DNA of 64,000 bases from contig JAGBTM010000008.1 in assembly GCA_017631325.1 (NCBI GenBank), positions 33,645-97,644 of the forward strand, read 5' to 3'. Source of the DNA: Clostridia bacterium (lineage in GTDB: Bacteria > Bacillota > Clostridia > Oscillospirales > CAG-272). The position numbers and the translations under genes were made by a program. How positions within the stretch are numbered: the first letter of the stretch is position 1; each line of letters opens with the position of its first letter. The notes below the pieces were generated by a model. It ran no database searches and was not told the origin of the DNA. It saw only the letters and a program-made list of their open reading frames with translations. Shown piece after piece: positions 1 to 9,731 of the stretch.

Positions 1-1158
1 CTGCTCAATAGAGCCCGAGTCACGAAGGTCCGCAAGTGTGGGACGCTTACCCGCTCCAGGACGGGACTCTGTACCACGGTTAAGCTGAGCACAGCAAATA
101 ATCGGAACACCGAAATCCTTAGCCATAATCTTGAGATTACGCGAGATTTCGCCGACCTGCTGAGCTCTGTTATCGGTATTTGCCGTAGTCTGCATAAGAC
201 CTATATAGTCGATTACTACAAGTCCGAGGTTTGGAAGTCTGCGAAGCTTCGACTTCATTTCGGTAGTAGAGATAGCCGAGGTGTCGTCAATGTATATATC
301 ACAGCCGGAAAGCGAGGAGGCCACCTCAGCGATGCTCTCCCACTGCTCCTCCTTGATTTGCCCTGTTCTAAGAGTGTGCGAGTCAACCATCGCCTCACTC
401 GACAGAATACGTGTAACGAGCTGCTCGCCAGACATTTCGAGCGAGAATATAGCCACGGCCTTACCGGAGCTCTTTGCAACGTTGGTTGCAATATTAAGAG
501 CAAACGAGGTCTTACCCATACCGGGACGCGCTCCAACTATAACGAGGTCGCCCTTACCCATCTGAACGAGCATACGGTCGATACCCGAAAAGCCAGTCTT
601 GGTGCCGCTTACAGCGCCCTTGTTCTGCTGAGTGATTTCGAGGTCGGTGTATACGTTATGAAGCACGTCGCGAATATGTCTGAATTCCTTTGAATCGCTG
701 TTATGCGAAAGGTCGAATATCTTCTGCTCTGCGCTATCAATAATAGTGCGAACCTCGTTTGACTCGTTATAGGCGTCCTCGCTTATATCGTCGCATATAC
801 CGATGAGCTTACGGAGCGTTGACTTATCCTTTACGATTTTGGCGTAGTCCTTTACGTTTGCAGAGGACGGAACGGACTCAGCGATCAGTGTGATATACTG
901 AATACCGCCTGCCTCATCTCTGTATCCACCCTCGACCAGAGCGTTTACGAGCGTGACGACGTCGATAGTCTTGCTCTCGGTATACATTTTCAAAAGCGTA
1001 TTGTAGATGTGCTTATGCTCCTCTACGTAAAAATCCTCGGCGCCTATAATTCCGCCTACCTTATCGAATGAATCGGGATTTACAATAATTGAACCGAGCA
1101 GGGCCTGCTCAGCCTCTATGGATACGGGCATTTGCTTGATAATACCGCTGTTGTCCAT
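1..1158 (-). CDS. dnaB: Replicative DNA helicase (DnaB/DnaC type), partial; the C-terminus runs off the window start
   Basis: The minus-strand frame is open from the ATG at 1158 to position 1. It is absent from the ORF track because there is no stop inside the window. My translation begins MDNSGIIKQMPVSIEAEQALLGSII and contains Walker A GARPGMGKTSFALN and the C-terminal motif LRDSGSIEQ. The rplI-dnaB synteny matches Bacilli. Confidence 0.93.
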   Translation of the reverse strand, partial: MDNSGIIKQMPVSIEAEQALLGSIIVNPDSFDKVGGIIGAEDFYVEEHKHIYNTLLKMYTESKTIDVVTLVNALVEGGYRDEAGGIQYITLIAESVPSSANVKDYAKIVKDKSTLRKLIGICDDISEDAYNESNEVRTIIDSAEQKIFDLSHNSDSKEFRHIRDVLHNVYTDLEITQQNKGAVSGTKTGFSGIDRMLVQMGKGDLVIVGARPGMGKTSFALNIATNVAKSSGKAVAIFSLEMSGEQLVTRILSSEAMVDSHTLRTGQIKEEQWESIAEVASSLSGCDIYIDDTSAISTTEMKSKLRRLPNLGLVVIDYIGLMQTTANTDNRAQQVGEISRNLKIMAKDFGVPIICCAQLNRGTESRPGAGKRPTLADLRDSGSIEQ

Positions 1159-1187
1159 CTTATTTTTCCTTTCTTCGTCTGAAAGCC

Positions 1188-1293
1188 TATTTAACATCGG
1201 TGTCTAAAGACCGCTTTTAATATCGGTGTCTTGTGGCTTCTTTTAATATCAGTATCTAAAGGTTTGTTATAAAATCAGTATCCAGAGGCCACG
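1188..1293. repeat. Four tandem degenerate units of about 26 nt in the rplI-dnaB spacer
   Basis: The units start near 1188, 1215, 1241 and 1267. The shared core is TT(T/A)TAA(C/T/A)ATC(G/A)GT(G/A)TC, for example ttttaatatcggtgtc, ttttaatatcagtatc and ttataaaatcagtatc. Confidence 0.8.
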
Positions 1294-1338
1294 TATAATA
1301 TAAACATCTTATAGCCTCTTTTTGCAGGATCAAAAATA

Positions 1339-1782
1339 TCAGTCGTGAACGTTTACGACGAATTTTGCCGAAATATCAGCGAGTATCTTCAGCTCAACCG
1401 AATAAGAGCCGTATGCCTTGATATTTTCTTTAATCTGAATTTTACGCTTGTCGATATCAACCGAGAGCTTCTTCTTAAGCTCGTCTGCGATATCCTTGGC
1501 GGTAACCGAGCCGTACAGACGTCCGTCCTGGCCGTGTCCCATCTGAATATCGATCTTTATGTCCTTAATTCTGTCAGCTAGAGCTTGCGCTGCTTTTCTA
1601 TCCTCGCTGATTTTGAACTGTTTGGCTTCTTCCTTGCTCTTTAGTTCGCTTGTTGCCTTAGCATCGGCTGCAACAGCCTTCTTCTGAGGAAAGAGGAAAT
1701 TTCTAGCGTATCCGTCGGATACCTCTACTATCTGATCCTTCTTGCCCTGTCCCTTTACGTCACAAAGTAAAATTACCTTCAT
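1339..1782 (-). CDS. rplI: 50S ribosomal protein L9
   Basis: The 147-aa product starts [36 protein letters not shown], a typical L9 N-domain. It lies between gdpP and dnaB, as in Bacillus. Confidence 0.97.
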   Translation of the reverse strand: MKVILLCDVKGQGKKDQIVEVSDGYARNFLFPQKKAVAADAKATSELKSKEEAKQFKISEDRKAAQALADRIKDIKIDIQMGHGQDGRLYGSVTAKDIADELKKKLSVDIDKRKIQIKENIKAYGSYSVELKILADISAKFVVNVHD

Positions 1783-1884
1783 TTTTACAACTCCTAATCT
1801 GGTTAATCGAAATAAATTTTCTGTGTACGGACGCCCGTGCGCCCAAAATATTTGACGGTATTCTATTTCAGTAGTCTTTGGCTA

Positions 1885-3879
1885 TCAGAGAGCGAGATAC
1901 TCGTCGATGCTCTGCTTGAGCGTTTCAAGAACGGTGTAAATAGAATCCGAGCTAACCTGCGCTCCCGCAACGTCAAAATGACCGCCGCCATGAAGCTTTT
2001 CAAGAATAAGCTGAACGTTGATAGTTCCGGAGGACCTACCTGAAATATGAATTTGGTCACCTATTCTGACAAGTGTAAATGCCGCGTCAACGCCCTTGAG
2101 TGTGAGCATCTTATCCGCTGCCTTTGATGCAATAATGCGGTAGCTCTCATCGGTTTCACCGTCGCAGGACGCGATGGCTATATTGCCGTTATACATTACT
2201 ATCGAGGTGTGGAAACGAGCTTCCTTGGAAAGATCCTCGGGTAAGGTCTTGAAGAGGTTATAAACGTCGCTCGGATTTGCACCTGCACCGCGCAGATACT
2301 GAGCCGCACCGAAGGTTCTGGTTCCCGTATTCCTTGTAAACTGCTTGGTATCAAGAAGAATACCCGAAAGAAGAATATCAGCCTCCTCTTTGAGAATGTT
2401 CTGCGAGCTTACTGCAGTTTCAAGCATCTCCGTTACCATCTCGCAAGTTGACGATGCCGAGGGCTCGATATAAGAAATCCTTACGTTAGGCGAAAGTGCG
2501 TCAACCTTTCTGTGATGGTCTACGATAGCAACCGTGTTAGCCTTTTGAGATATATCGGAGAACTGTGCTCTTGAAAGGGTGTTGTGGTCAACGAGAACGA
2601 CGAGTGTGTCTGCACCTATAAGGTCAAGACCCTCGGCATTGTCAACGAACACCTGAGAATAAACGTCGGTCTGTTGCATCATCTGAACACAGGGCGCGAG
2701 GTTCTTATCACGCGAATCAACGGCAATATTTACCTTTGCTCCGCAAAGCATGGCAAGTCTGGCAACGCCGACCGAGGCGCCAAACGAGTCAAAGTCACCG
2801 TATCTGTGGCCCATTATAATTACGTTATCCGAGCGCACCATGAGAGCCGTGAGCTGCGTAAGGAATGCGCGCGAGCGCACGTTGGAGCGCTTGTAAACCG
2901 ACTTTGTACGGCCACCGTAATACTCTATGGAGTCCTCGGATTTATAAACAGCCTGGTCACCTCCGCGCTGAAGCGCAAGGTCAACGGCATCTCTTGCGTC
3001 AAGCTCACGCTCTGCAAGAGAATTTTTACCGCGTGAGACACCTATCGAAACGGTAATTGAAACACCGTCACCTACTCGCGCTTCTCTGATTTGGTCGAGA
3101 ATTGCAAATCTGTCGCTAATACATTTGTCAAGATAGATGGAATCGAAAAGCATTATGTACTTGTCGTTGTCATAAGACTTTATAATTCCGTTCATTGATG
3201 CCGCCCACGCCTTGAGCTTATCGTCGATGCTAGATACGGCGCTTGCAAATTTATCCTGGACGTACTGCAGAACGTCCTCGACGTTGTCGATAGCTATATA
3301 CGCAACTGCTACTCTCTCGTCTTGGTATTTTCTCTCAGTTTCGGTTAAAAGCGTTATATCAGTCAGAAGAATGAGATAAAGTCCGGAGCCGCGCTCGGAT
3401 ACCGTAAAGCCCTCGACCGAATATATATTGTCGGACACCGTGACGGTAACGCTCTCACCGAGAAGGTCCTCACGGCTTGTCCTGAGCAGGTCTGCGATAT
3501 TTGCACCTATATAATTTTCGTAGCTCGATATTACCGAGTTCATAGCCTCGTTATACCAGAGTATCTTGCCGTTTCTGTCGAACGCAACGGCGGGAGAGGT
3601 AGAGTTCTTAAACACAACGCTTCCGCTTTCCAGAAGAAGCTCGTGGATACTACGCTCAGGCACTATCTCCATAGTAGAGGCGCGCTTTACACCGATAATC
3701 GCAATCTCAATAAGATATAAAGCCGTAACCAAAACGGCAACGAGCACGGTGTCAATTTCTAAAGCGGCGCACAGTATAGCAACCAGCGCAATATTAAAGC
3801 AACCGAGAGCCGCGTACATTACGACGTCAAAGCGAGATGCGTAAGGTATTTTGAAGCTGCTTTTCTTTTTTCTTTGCAT
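1885..3879 (-). CDS. gdpP: GdpP/YybT-type DHH/DHHA1 phosphoesterase (cyclic-di-AMP phosphodiesterase family)
   Basis: The 664-aa product has N-terminal TM helices, a central degenerate GGDEF-like region, a DHH motif (AIVDHHRK) and a DHHA1 GGGH motif (LHGGGHFDVAG). The yybS-gdpP-rplI synteny is conserved. Confidence 0.9.
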   Translation of the reverse strand: MQRKKKSSFKIPYASRFDVVMYAALGCFNIALVAILCAALEIDTVLVAVLVTALYLIEIAIIGVKRASTMEIVPERSIHELLLESGSVVFKNSTSPAVAFDRNGKILWYNEAMNSVISSYENYIGANIADLLRTSREDLLGESVTVTVSDNIYSVEGFTVSERGSGLYLILLTDITLLTETERKYQDERVAVAYIAIDNVEDVLQYVQDKFASAVSSIDDKLKAWAASMNGIIKSYDNDKYIMLFDSIYLDKCISDRFAILDQIREARVGDGVSITVSIGVSRGKNSLAERELDARDAVDLALQRGGDQAVYKSEDSIEYYGGRTKSVYKRSNVRSRAFLTQLTALMVRSDNVIIMGHRYGDFDSFGASVGVARLAMLCGAKVNIAVDSRDKNLAPCVQMMQQTDVYSQVFVDNAEGLDLIGADTLVVLVDHNTLSRAQFSDISQKANTVAIVDHHRKVDALSPNVRISYIEPSASSTCEMVTEMLETAVSSQNILKEEADILLSGILLDTKQFTRNTGTRTFGAAQYLRGAGANPSDVYNLFKTLPEDLSKEARFHTSIVMYNGNIAIASCDGETDESYRIIASKAADKMLTLKGVDAAFTLVRIGDQIHISGRSSGTINVQLILEKLHGGGHFDVAGAQVSSDSIYTVLETLKQSIDEYLAL

Positions 3880-3894
3880 AAAGGTAATACTCCT

Positions 3895-4923
3895 TTACTG
3901 ATTTTTGTTATCAGAGTCTTGTGAGGTATTAACCTCGGGCGGAATTTTGTTTTTGAAGACCGTGGACGATGCGCCTATCAGTGAAAGCACCTGAATAGCC
4001 ATAGATGATAAGAGCACAAATCCAAGGACAAATACGATTACTGTGAAGGTCAGCGATTTTTTTGTTCGGATAAGGTTGAACAGTACGCGACAGCCCACGT
4101 ATGCGTACACAAACATAAATATATCTGCAAGGTTCAGTACCGTAAGCGAAAGCGCGTCGCTATCGAGCATAATAAACGAGCTGAAGAGGAAGAGCGCCAT
4201 ATAAAAGTAGGCAAAAAGGCTCGTAGTTTCAAAGCGCCATTTTGCGCTGTCAGCGCTCACACCCACAGCGTTAGCAACGGCGCAAAACGCCTTTAAGGCA
4301 ATGCCCGATACGAAAAATCCTATTATAACGAATATTGATACCAGGCTATTGACGAGTGAGTCAAAGGCCATGCCTATGTCCTCGGTCGTAAAAAGGTCAG
4401 CGTACTCCTCGGTAGGATAGCTCATCGAGGCAAGCATATTCTCTACACCGTCAACAAAATCAGCTCTTACGCTCTCGAGCATAGATGCGTAAAACTCCTT
4501 GGCTGTTTCCAAAGTGAAGCTCATGTTAAGGAGCATTGGATAAACTAAGAGAGTTAGGCCGACAAGGAGCGTAAATGCGAGAGTAAGAAGTGCTGAGGTT
4601 GTGCTCTTTCTGAACCCAAGCTTAACTGCCGCCGCAATTATACACGCAAGCAACACGGTTTCGAGAGCGCAAAGCGAAAGCAGTCCTACGAAGAAAAATA
4701 CTGCGATATTTATCACGAAAAGTACCGATGCAGTTGCTATCGAGAAAAATCTCTTCGTCTGATTTTCAAACACTATTACGGCCGCAAAGAGAGCTGACGA
4801 AAGACTGACCAAAAGCTCGCTGACGAATATTGAGAGGACGCCAAACACCAGCGAAAGCACCGAAAGTATGGCTAAGGTCTTCGTGCTATTTAAATTTTCT
4901 TTTAAACCTTTGTACATTTTCAA
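3895..4923 (-). CDS. YybS-like polytopic membrane protein (DUF2232-like)
   Basis: The 342-aa product is hydrophobic along most of its length, with many predicted TM helices. It sits directly upstream of gdpP, like B. subtilis yybS. Confidence 0.7.
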   Translation of the reverse strand: MKMYKGLKENLNSTKTLAILSVLSLVFGVLSIFVSELLVSLSSALFAAVIVFENQTKRFFSIATASVLFVINIAVFFFVGLLSLCALETVLLACIIAAAVKLGFRKSTTSALLTLAFTLLVGLTLLVYPMLLNMSFTLETAKEFYASMLESVRADFVDGVENMLASMSYPTEEYADLFTTEDIGMAFDSLVNSLVSIFVIIGFFVSGIALKAFCAVANAVGVSADSAKWRFETTSLFAYFYMALFLFSSFIMLDSDALSLTVLNLADIFMFVYAYVGCRVLFNLIRTKKSLTFTVIVFVLGFVLLSSMAIQVLSLIGASSTVFKNKIPPEVNTSQDSDNKNQ

Positions 4924-5147
4924 CTACCATTTTCAAAAAAATATATAATCGTTCATAATATTATATCACAACAAAAGCGTTTTGTAAATATTTTTATTAA
5001 ATTTAATTATTTATTAATATAATGTTGCTTTTGTAAGCCCGCAGCGTTAATTTCGCTAACTTTTTGCAGCATTTTAAATTTGCTATTGAAAAGACGGGAA
5101 AAATGTTGTAAAATGTATATGTAGTTTTTTAAAGAGGAGGACGGCAA

Positions 5148-7277
5148 ATGCTGCCAAGCGACAACGTATCAACCCTGTCGGGTGTTGGAAAAACGACGGC
5201 TACAAGGCTTCAAAAGCTTGGTATAGAGACCGTCAAGGATTTGATTTTTCATTTTCCGAGGGCGTTTGAGAGGCGTGGCGAGGTGCGGCTTCTCTCTGCT
5301 TTTTCGCCCGATTTTTCCTCTTCGTATCTTCTCTGCGTAGCGACCGAGGTTAAATCGGTCAAAATCAGAGGAAATATGGTTATATCAAAGTTTCGCGCCT
5401 TTGACGACAGTGGCTCCGTCGAGGTTGTGTTCTTTAACAGCCCCTACGTCAAGGACGTCTTTCACATAGGCTCGGTTTTCAGATTTTTCGGTAAAATCAC
5501 CTCATCAAAAGGCAGACTTCAGCTCCAAAATCCGAAATATGAGGCCTACGTCGAGGGCATACCTCTTCCGGATCTTGTCCCCGTATACCCTCTTACCTCG
5601 GGTATTTCGTCAAAGCAGATAGACAAGCTCGTCTCTCAGGCAATAAACGAGGTTGTACCCAAGCTCACAGATCCTCTACCCGAGCATTTGAGAGTCAAGC
5701 TTTCACTGCCAACGCTCTCGTTTGCAATTAAAAATGCGCATTTCCCCATCGACGAGCTTTCGCTTATAAAATCGCAGGAGCGACTAGCCTTTGACGAAAT
5801 GCTCGCGTTCGGTATAGGAATATCCATGTCGGCAAAAAGCAAGAGTCGCGGCGAGGGTGTAAGATTTTCAAAGACCTCACTCACTCCTCTGACAAGCCTT
5901 CTTCCATACGAGCTTACAGACTCACAAAAGCAGGCGATAAACGATATTTACAGCGACACCGTAATACCAAAGGCAGGCAAGGTCTCACCTATGGCACGAA
6001 TAATCGTCGGTGACGTTGGCTGCGGAAAGACGGTATGCGCCGTGGCCGCTCTTTATATTGCGGCAAAGTCGGGATATCAGTCGACCCTTATGGTGCCTAC
6101 TGAAATTCTGGCAACACAGCATTATAACGAAGTCAGCACGCTACTCGGAGCTCTTGGGATAAAGGTTGAGCTTTTAATAGGCTCTACCTCAAAAAAAGAG
6201 AAAAACCGCATTAAAAACGCGGCAGAAATCGGCGACGTGGACGTAATAATTGGAACGCACGCTCTGATAGTTGACGACTTTAGCTTCAAAAATCTTGGAC
6301 TAATTATAACTGACGAGCAGCACAGATTCGGGGTTAACCAGCGTGCCGCACTAAAGGAAAAAGAAAAGCGCGCGCATCTGTTGGTAATGAGCGCTACGCC
6401 TATCCCGAGAACGCTCGCTCTCACCATGTACGGTGACCTTGACATATCAAGAATTACCGAAATGCCAAAGGGCAGACAGCGTGTCGACACCTACGTAGTT
6501 GGCGAGGAATATCGCACGCGCCTTAACGATTTTATTAGCAAGCAGGTATCATTTGGCGGTCAGTGCTACGTGGTTTGCCCTTCTATTGACGAGGAAGAAA
6601 GCGACGAAAACGAGCTTCTTACCGAAAGAATCGGCAGCTTCGTCAAGGCCGGTGCGCTTAATCTTAAATCAGCAGTTCAATACGCCGAGGAGCTGAGAGC
6701 GTCTCTCTCCCATTTGCGCATAGCAACCTTACACGGCAAAATGAAGCCTAAGGAAAAGGACGAAATAATGTCCGCTTTTTCGCGCGGTGAAATCGACGTT
6801 TTGGTTTCAACCACCGTAATCGAGGTTGGCGTGAACGTACCTAACGCTTCTCTTATGATTGTCGAAAATGCAGAAAGATTCGGTCTTTCTCAGCTTCATC
6901 AGTTGAGAGGCCGCGTCGGACGCGGAAATAGAAAGTCATTTTGCGTTTTGGTTTCGAATGCAAGAAACGAGAAATCCCTTGCGCGTCTTGAGGTAATGCG
7001 CACCACCTACGACGGATACAAAATAGCCGAAAGCGATTTGCTTATCAGAGGCCCCGGTGATTTCTTTTCTTCAAATTCTGATAATAATTTGAGGCAGAGT
7101 GGTGGATTTGAATTTAAATTCGCCTCGCTTTGCGACAGCACCGACTTGTTTTCGCGAGCATTTTCTACTGCAAAAGCAATAATTGAGGACGACCCTGAGC
7201 TCTCACGTCCCGAGCATCAGGCCATAAAAGAGGCAGTGATTTCTCGCCTCAATGTGTCAAGCTCTACTATTTCTTAG
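5148..7277 (+). CDS. recG: ATP-dependent DNA helicase RecG
   Basis: The 709-aa product has an N-terminal wedge/OB region, Walker A GDVGCGKT, a DEQHRFG box and motif VI QLRGRVGRG. A strong SD (AGAGGAGG) lies upstream of the ATG. Confidence 0.95.
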   Translation: MLPSDNVSTLSGVGKTTATRLQKLGIETVKDLIFHFPRAFERRGEVRLLSAFSPDFSSSYLLCVATEVKSVKIRGNMVISKFRAFDDSGSVEVVFFNSPYVKDVFHIGSVFRFFGKITSSKGRLQLQNPKYEAYVEGIPLPDLVPVYPLTSGISSKQIDKLVSQAINEVVPKLTDPLPEHLRVKLSLPTLSFAIKNAHFPIDELSLIKSQERLAFDEMLAFGIGISMSAKSKSRGEGVRFSKTSLTPLTSLLPYELTDSQKQAINDIYSDTVIPKAGKVSPMARIIVGDVGCGKTVCAVAALYIAAKSGYQSTLMVPTEILATQHYNEVSTLLGALGIKVELLIGSTSKKEKNRIKNAAEIGDVDVIIGTHALIVDDFSFKNLGLIITDEQHRFGVNQRAALKEKEKRAHLLVMSATPIPRTLALTMYGDLDISRITEMPKGRQRVDTYVVGEEYRTRLNDFISKQVSFGGQCYVVCPSIDEEESDENELLTERIGSFVKAGALNLKSAVQYAEELRASLSHLRIATLHGKMKPKEKDEIMSAFSRGEIDVLVSTTVIEVGVNVPNASLMIVENAERFGLSQLHQLRGRVGRGNRKSFCVLVSNARNEKSLARLEVMRTTYDGYKIAESDLLIRGPGDFFSSNSDNNLRQSGGFEFKFASLCDSTDLFSRAFSTAKAIIEDDPELSRPEHQAIKEAVISRLNVSSSTIS

Positions 7278-7418
7278 CCCAACGGCTATACACCATGCCC
7301 GCATTTTAACCATGCTGTTTTTTAAAAATAGCAGACGCATTTCGATTGATGCTTTATAGAGGTTTCAGACATATCTTATAAAATATCAGACACAATATCT
7401 TTAGAAAGGGTAACCAAA

Positions 7419-8663
7419 ATGGCAGTTCAGCCCCTTGCTGACCGCATGCGTCCGAGAAACTTCGACGAGGTTGTAGGTCAGTCGCATCTTGTTTCCAAAA
7501 ACGGTATACTCCGCAGACTTGTCGACGCGGGAAGAATACCTAATATGATATTTTACGGTCCTCCGGGTATAGGAAAAACCACGGTTGCCAATATTATCGC
7601 GACTGCATCGGGAATGCAGATGTACAAGCTTAATGCTACTACCGCCTCTCTTGCCGATATTAAGGACGTTATATCCTCAACCGATAATATTTTCTCTTCA
7701 AGCGGCACTCTTCTCTACCTTGACGAGATACAGTATTTCAACAAAAAGCAGCAGCAGTCATTACTCGAGTTTATGGAAAACGGCAAGCTTACTCTTATCG
7801 CTTCCACAACCGAAAATCCGTACTATTGCATTTACAACGCCCTGCTCTCGCGTTCCTCGGTGTTTGAGTTCAAATCGGTTAGCCCGAAAGAATGTATTCC
7901 ATCGCTCAGGCGCGCGCTTAATTTACTCAATGAAGATTTTGGGGACAATAAAACGGCAGACGATGCGACCCTTCTCGGCATAGCATACGCGGCGGGCGGT
8001 GACGTTCGTATGAGCATCAGCGTGCTTGAAAATGCATTTTACATATCCGACAAGGAAATAAACGAAGAGGCTGTCAAGTCGCTTCTCCCGTCGGTTATCA
8101 GTCACTTTGACCGCGACGGTGACGTTCATTACGACCTGCTTTCCTGTCTACAGAAGTCAATACGCGGCTCCGACCCCGACGCTGCAATATTCTATTTGGC
8201 GAAAATTCTGGCCTCGGGCGACCTTTTATCTGCTTGCAGAAGAATACTCGTTATTGCAAACGAGGATATCGGCTGCGCTTATCCCCTGGCGGCATCTATT
8301 GCATACGCCTGCACCGAAAGTGCCAAGGCCGTCGGTATGCCAGAGGCAGCAATACCCCTTGCTAACGCTGTGGCGATTCTCGCAACGGCACCAAAGTCAA
8401 ACTCCGCCTACTTAGCCTACCACGCTGCGTGTGAGGATATTTCAAAGGGGCTTGGCAACTCCGTTCCAAAGCATCTCAGAAGCCCGAATTTCGAGGGGTA
8501 TCTCTATCCTCACGATTACGAGAACAACTACGTAAACCAGACGTATCTTCCCGAGGACCTTGTTGGAAGAAAATATTACGGCTTTGGACAAAGCAAAACC
8601 GAGCAAACCGCAAAGGCCTACTACGATTATATAAAATCGAGCTGTACAAACAAGAAAAAATGA
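7419..8663 (+). CDS. rarA: Replication-associated recombination protein A (RarA/MgsA AAA+ ATPase)
   Basis: The 414-aa product has FDEVVGQSHL, Walker A GPPGIGKTT, Walker B LYLDEIQYFNK and an MgsA-type C-terminal domain. Confidence 0.93.
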   Translation: MAVQPLADRMRPRNFDEVVGQSHLVSKNGILRRLVDAGRIPNMIFYGPPGIGKTTVANIIATASGMQMYKLNATTASLADIKDVISSTDNIFSSSGTLLYLDEIQYFNKKQQQSLLEFMENGKLTLIASTTENPYYCIYNALLSRSSVFEFKSVSPKECIPSLRRALNLLNEDFGDNKTADDATLLGIAYAAGGDVRMSISVLENAFYISDKEINEEAVKSLLPSVISHFDRDGDVHYDLLSCLQKSIRGSDPDAAIFYLAKILASGDLLSACRRILVIANEDIGCAYPLAASIAYACTESAKAVGMPEAAIPLANAVAILATAPKSNSAYLAYHAACEDISKGLGNSVPKHLRSPNFEGYLYPHDYENNYVNQTYLPEDLVGRKYYGFGQSKTEQTAKAYYDYIKSSCTNKKK

Positions 8664-8711
8664 CTTTTCTCCCCAAATTTCGCCTTATATTTTAAATTAT
8701 AGCGACAAAAC

Positions 8712-8740
8712 TTGACAAAGATACTTTCTTTTGTTATAAT
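8712..8740 (+). promoter_or_regulatory. Consensus sigma-A-type promoter upstream of the lipid kinase gene
   Basis: TTGACA (8712-8717), a 17-nt spacer, then TATAAT (8735-8740) preceded by TGt (extended -10). The ATG at 8780 is about 40 nt downstream. Confidence 0.6.
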
Positions 8741-8779
8741 ACACTGTGGTAACTATGCTTATCTAAGGAGACGGTTGAT

Positions 8780-9709
8780 ATGATTTTTCACTTTATACTC
8801 AACCCTAAATCGGGAAGAAGCCCGAAGCAAAGAAAACTTGAGCAGCAAATTAAAGAGGCCTGCAAAAAAAGACAGTTAAACTACCATATATACTATACCA
8901 CCTGTGCAGGTGACGCCACCGAGTACGTCAGGTCAATGATACGTATTTCTCAGGAAAGACAGCGCTTTATCTGTATCGGCGGTGACGGAACGATTAACGA
9001 GATTGCTAACAGCGCTCCCTCAACCCCCGGCGTTGAATTTGGTGTTATTCCGAGTGGCTCGGGTAACGATTTCGTCAGAAACTTCACCAATACCAAGCTC
9101 TTCTCTTCTATTGAGGCGCAGCTTGACGGAGAGGCAATTTCGCTTGACCTAATTAAGTGCAACGAATATTACTGTGTAAACATGGTTAATATCGGTTTTG
9201 ACTGCGCAGTTGTAAAAGAGGCCGAGAGATTAAAGAGGCACAAGTTCGTGACACCGGGAATGTCCTACATTATGGGCGTCGTAGTTGTGCTTTTCAAGAA
9301 ATTCGGTACAAAAATGAAGGTTATCTTCGATGACGGTGAGGTTATTGAGAAGGAATTTACCCTCACGGCTATCGGTAACGGCAAGTTCTGCGGTGGCGGC
9401 TTCAAATCGGCTCCAAAGGCACTGCTCAACGACGGTCTGCTCGACGTATGCGCTATTGACAAGATATCCCGTCTTACCTTTATTTCTCTTGTCGGCTCTT
9501 ATAAAAAAGGAACTTATCTTGAAAATCAAAGAGCGATGAAATACATAAGACACCGTCGTGTACCTCATTTCAAAATGGAGTTTGATACCCCTATTCCTAT
9601 TTGTATAGACGGTGAAATCAAGGGTGCAAAGACCGTGGACTTCGAGGTTGTGAAAAACGCATTCAACTTCGTCGTTCCTAAGGGCTGCGCTCTTAAGTAT
9701 ACAGAATAA
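8780..9709 (+). CDS. Diacylglycerol-kinase-family lipid kinase (YegS/DagK-like)
   Basis: The 309-aa product has the DAGK catalytic-domain motif GGDGTINE and a downstream GSGNDF. Confidence 0.85.
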   Translation: MIFHFILNPKSGRSPKQRKLEQQIKEACKKRQLNYHIYYTTCAGDATEYVRSMIRISQERQRFICIGGDGTINEIANSAPSTPGVEFGVIPSGSGNDFVRNFTNTKLFSSIEAQLDGEAISLDLIKCNEYYCVNMVNIGFDCAVVKEAERLKRHKFVTPGMSYIMGVVVVLFKKFGTKMKVIFDDGEVIEKEFTLTAIGNGKFCGGGFKSAPKALLNDGLLDVCAIDKISRLTFISLVGSYKKGTYLENQRAMKYIRHRRVPHFKMEFDTPIPICIDGEIKGAKTVDFEVVKNAFNFVVPKGCALKYTE

Positions 9710-9731
9710 TTTTCCAAACGGAGTATTCACA

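Noticed and set aside
255-693. Three overlapping ORFs (93-111 aa) listed in the track inside the first kilobase.
   Set aside because: They lie within or antisense to the clearly recognisable dnaB frame (1-1158, minus) and contain no motifs. They are typical shadow ORFs.
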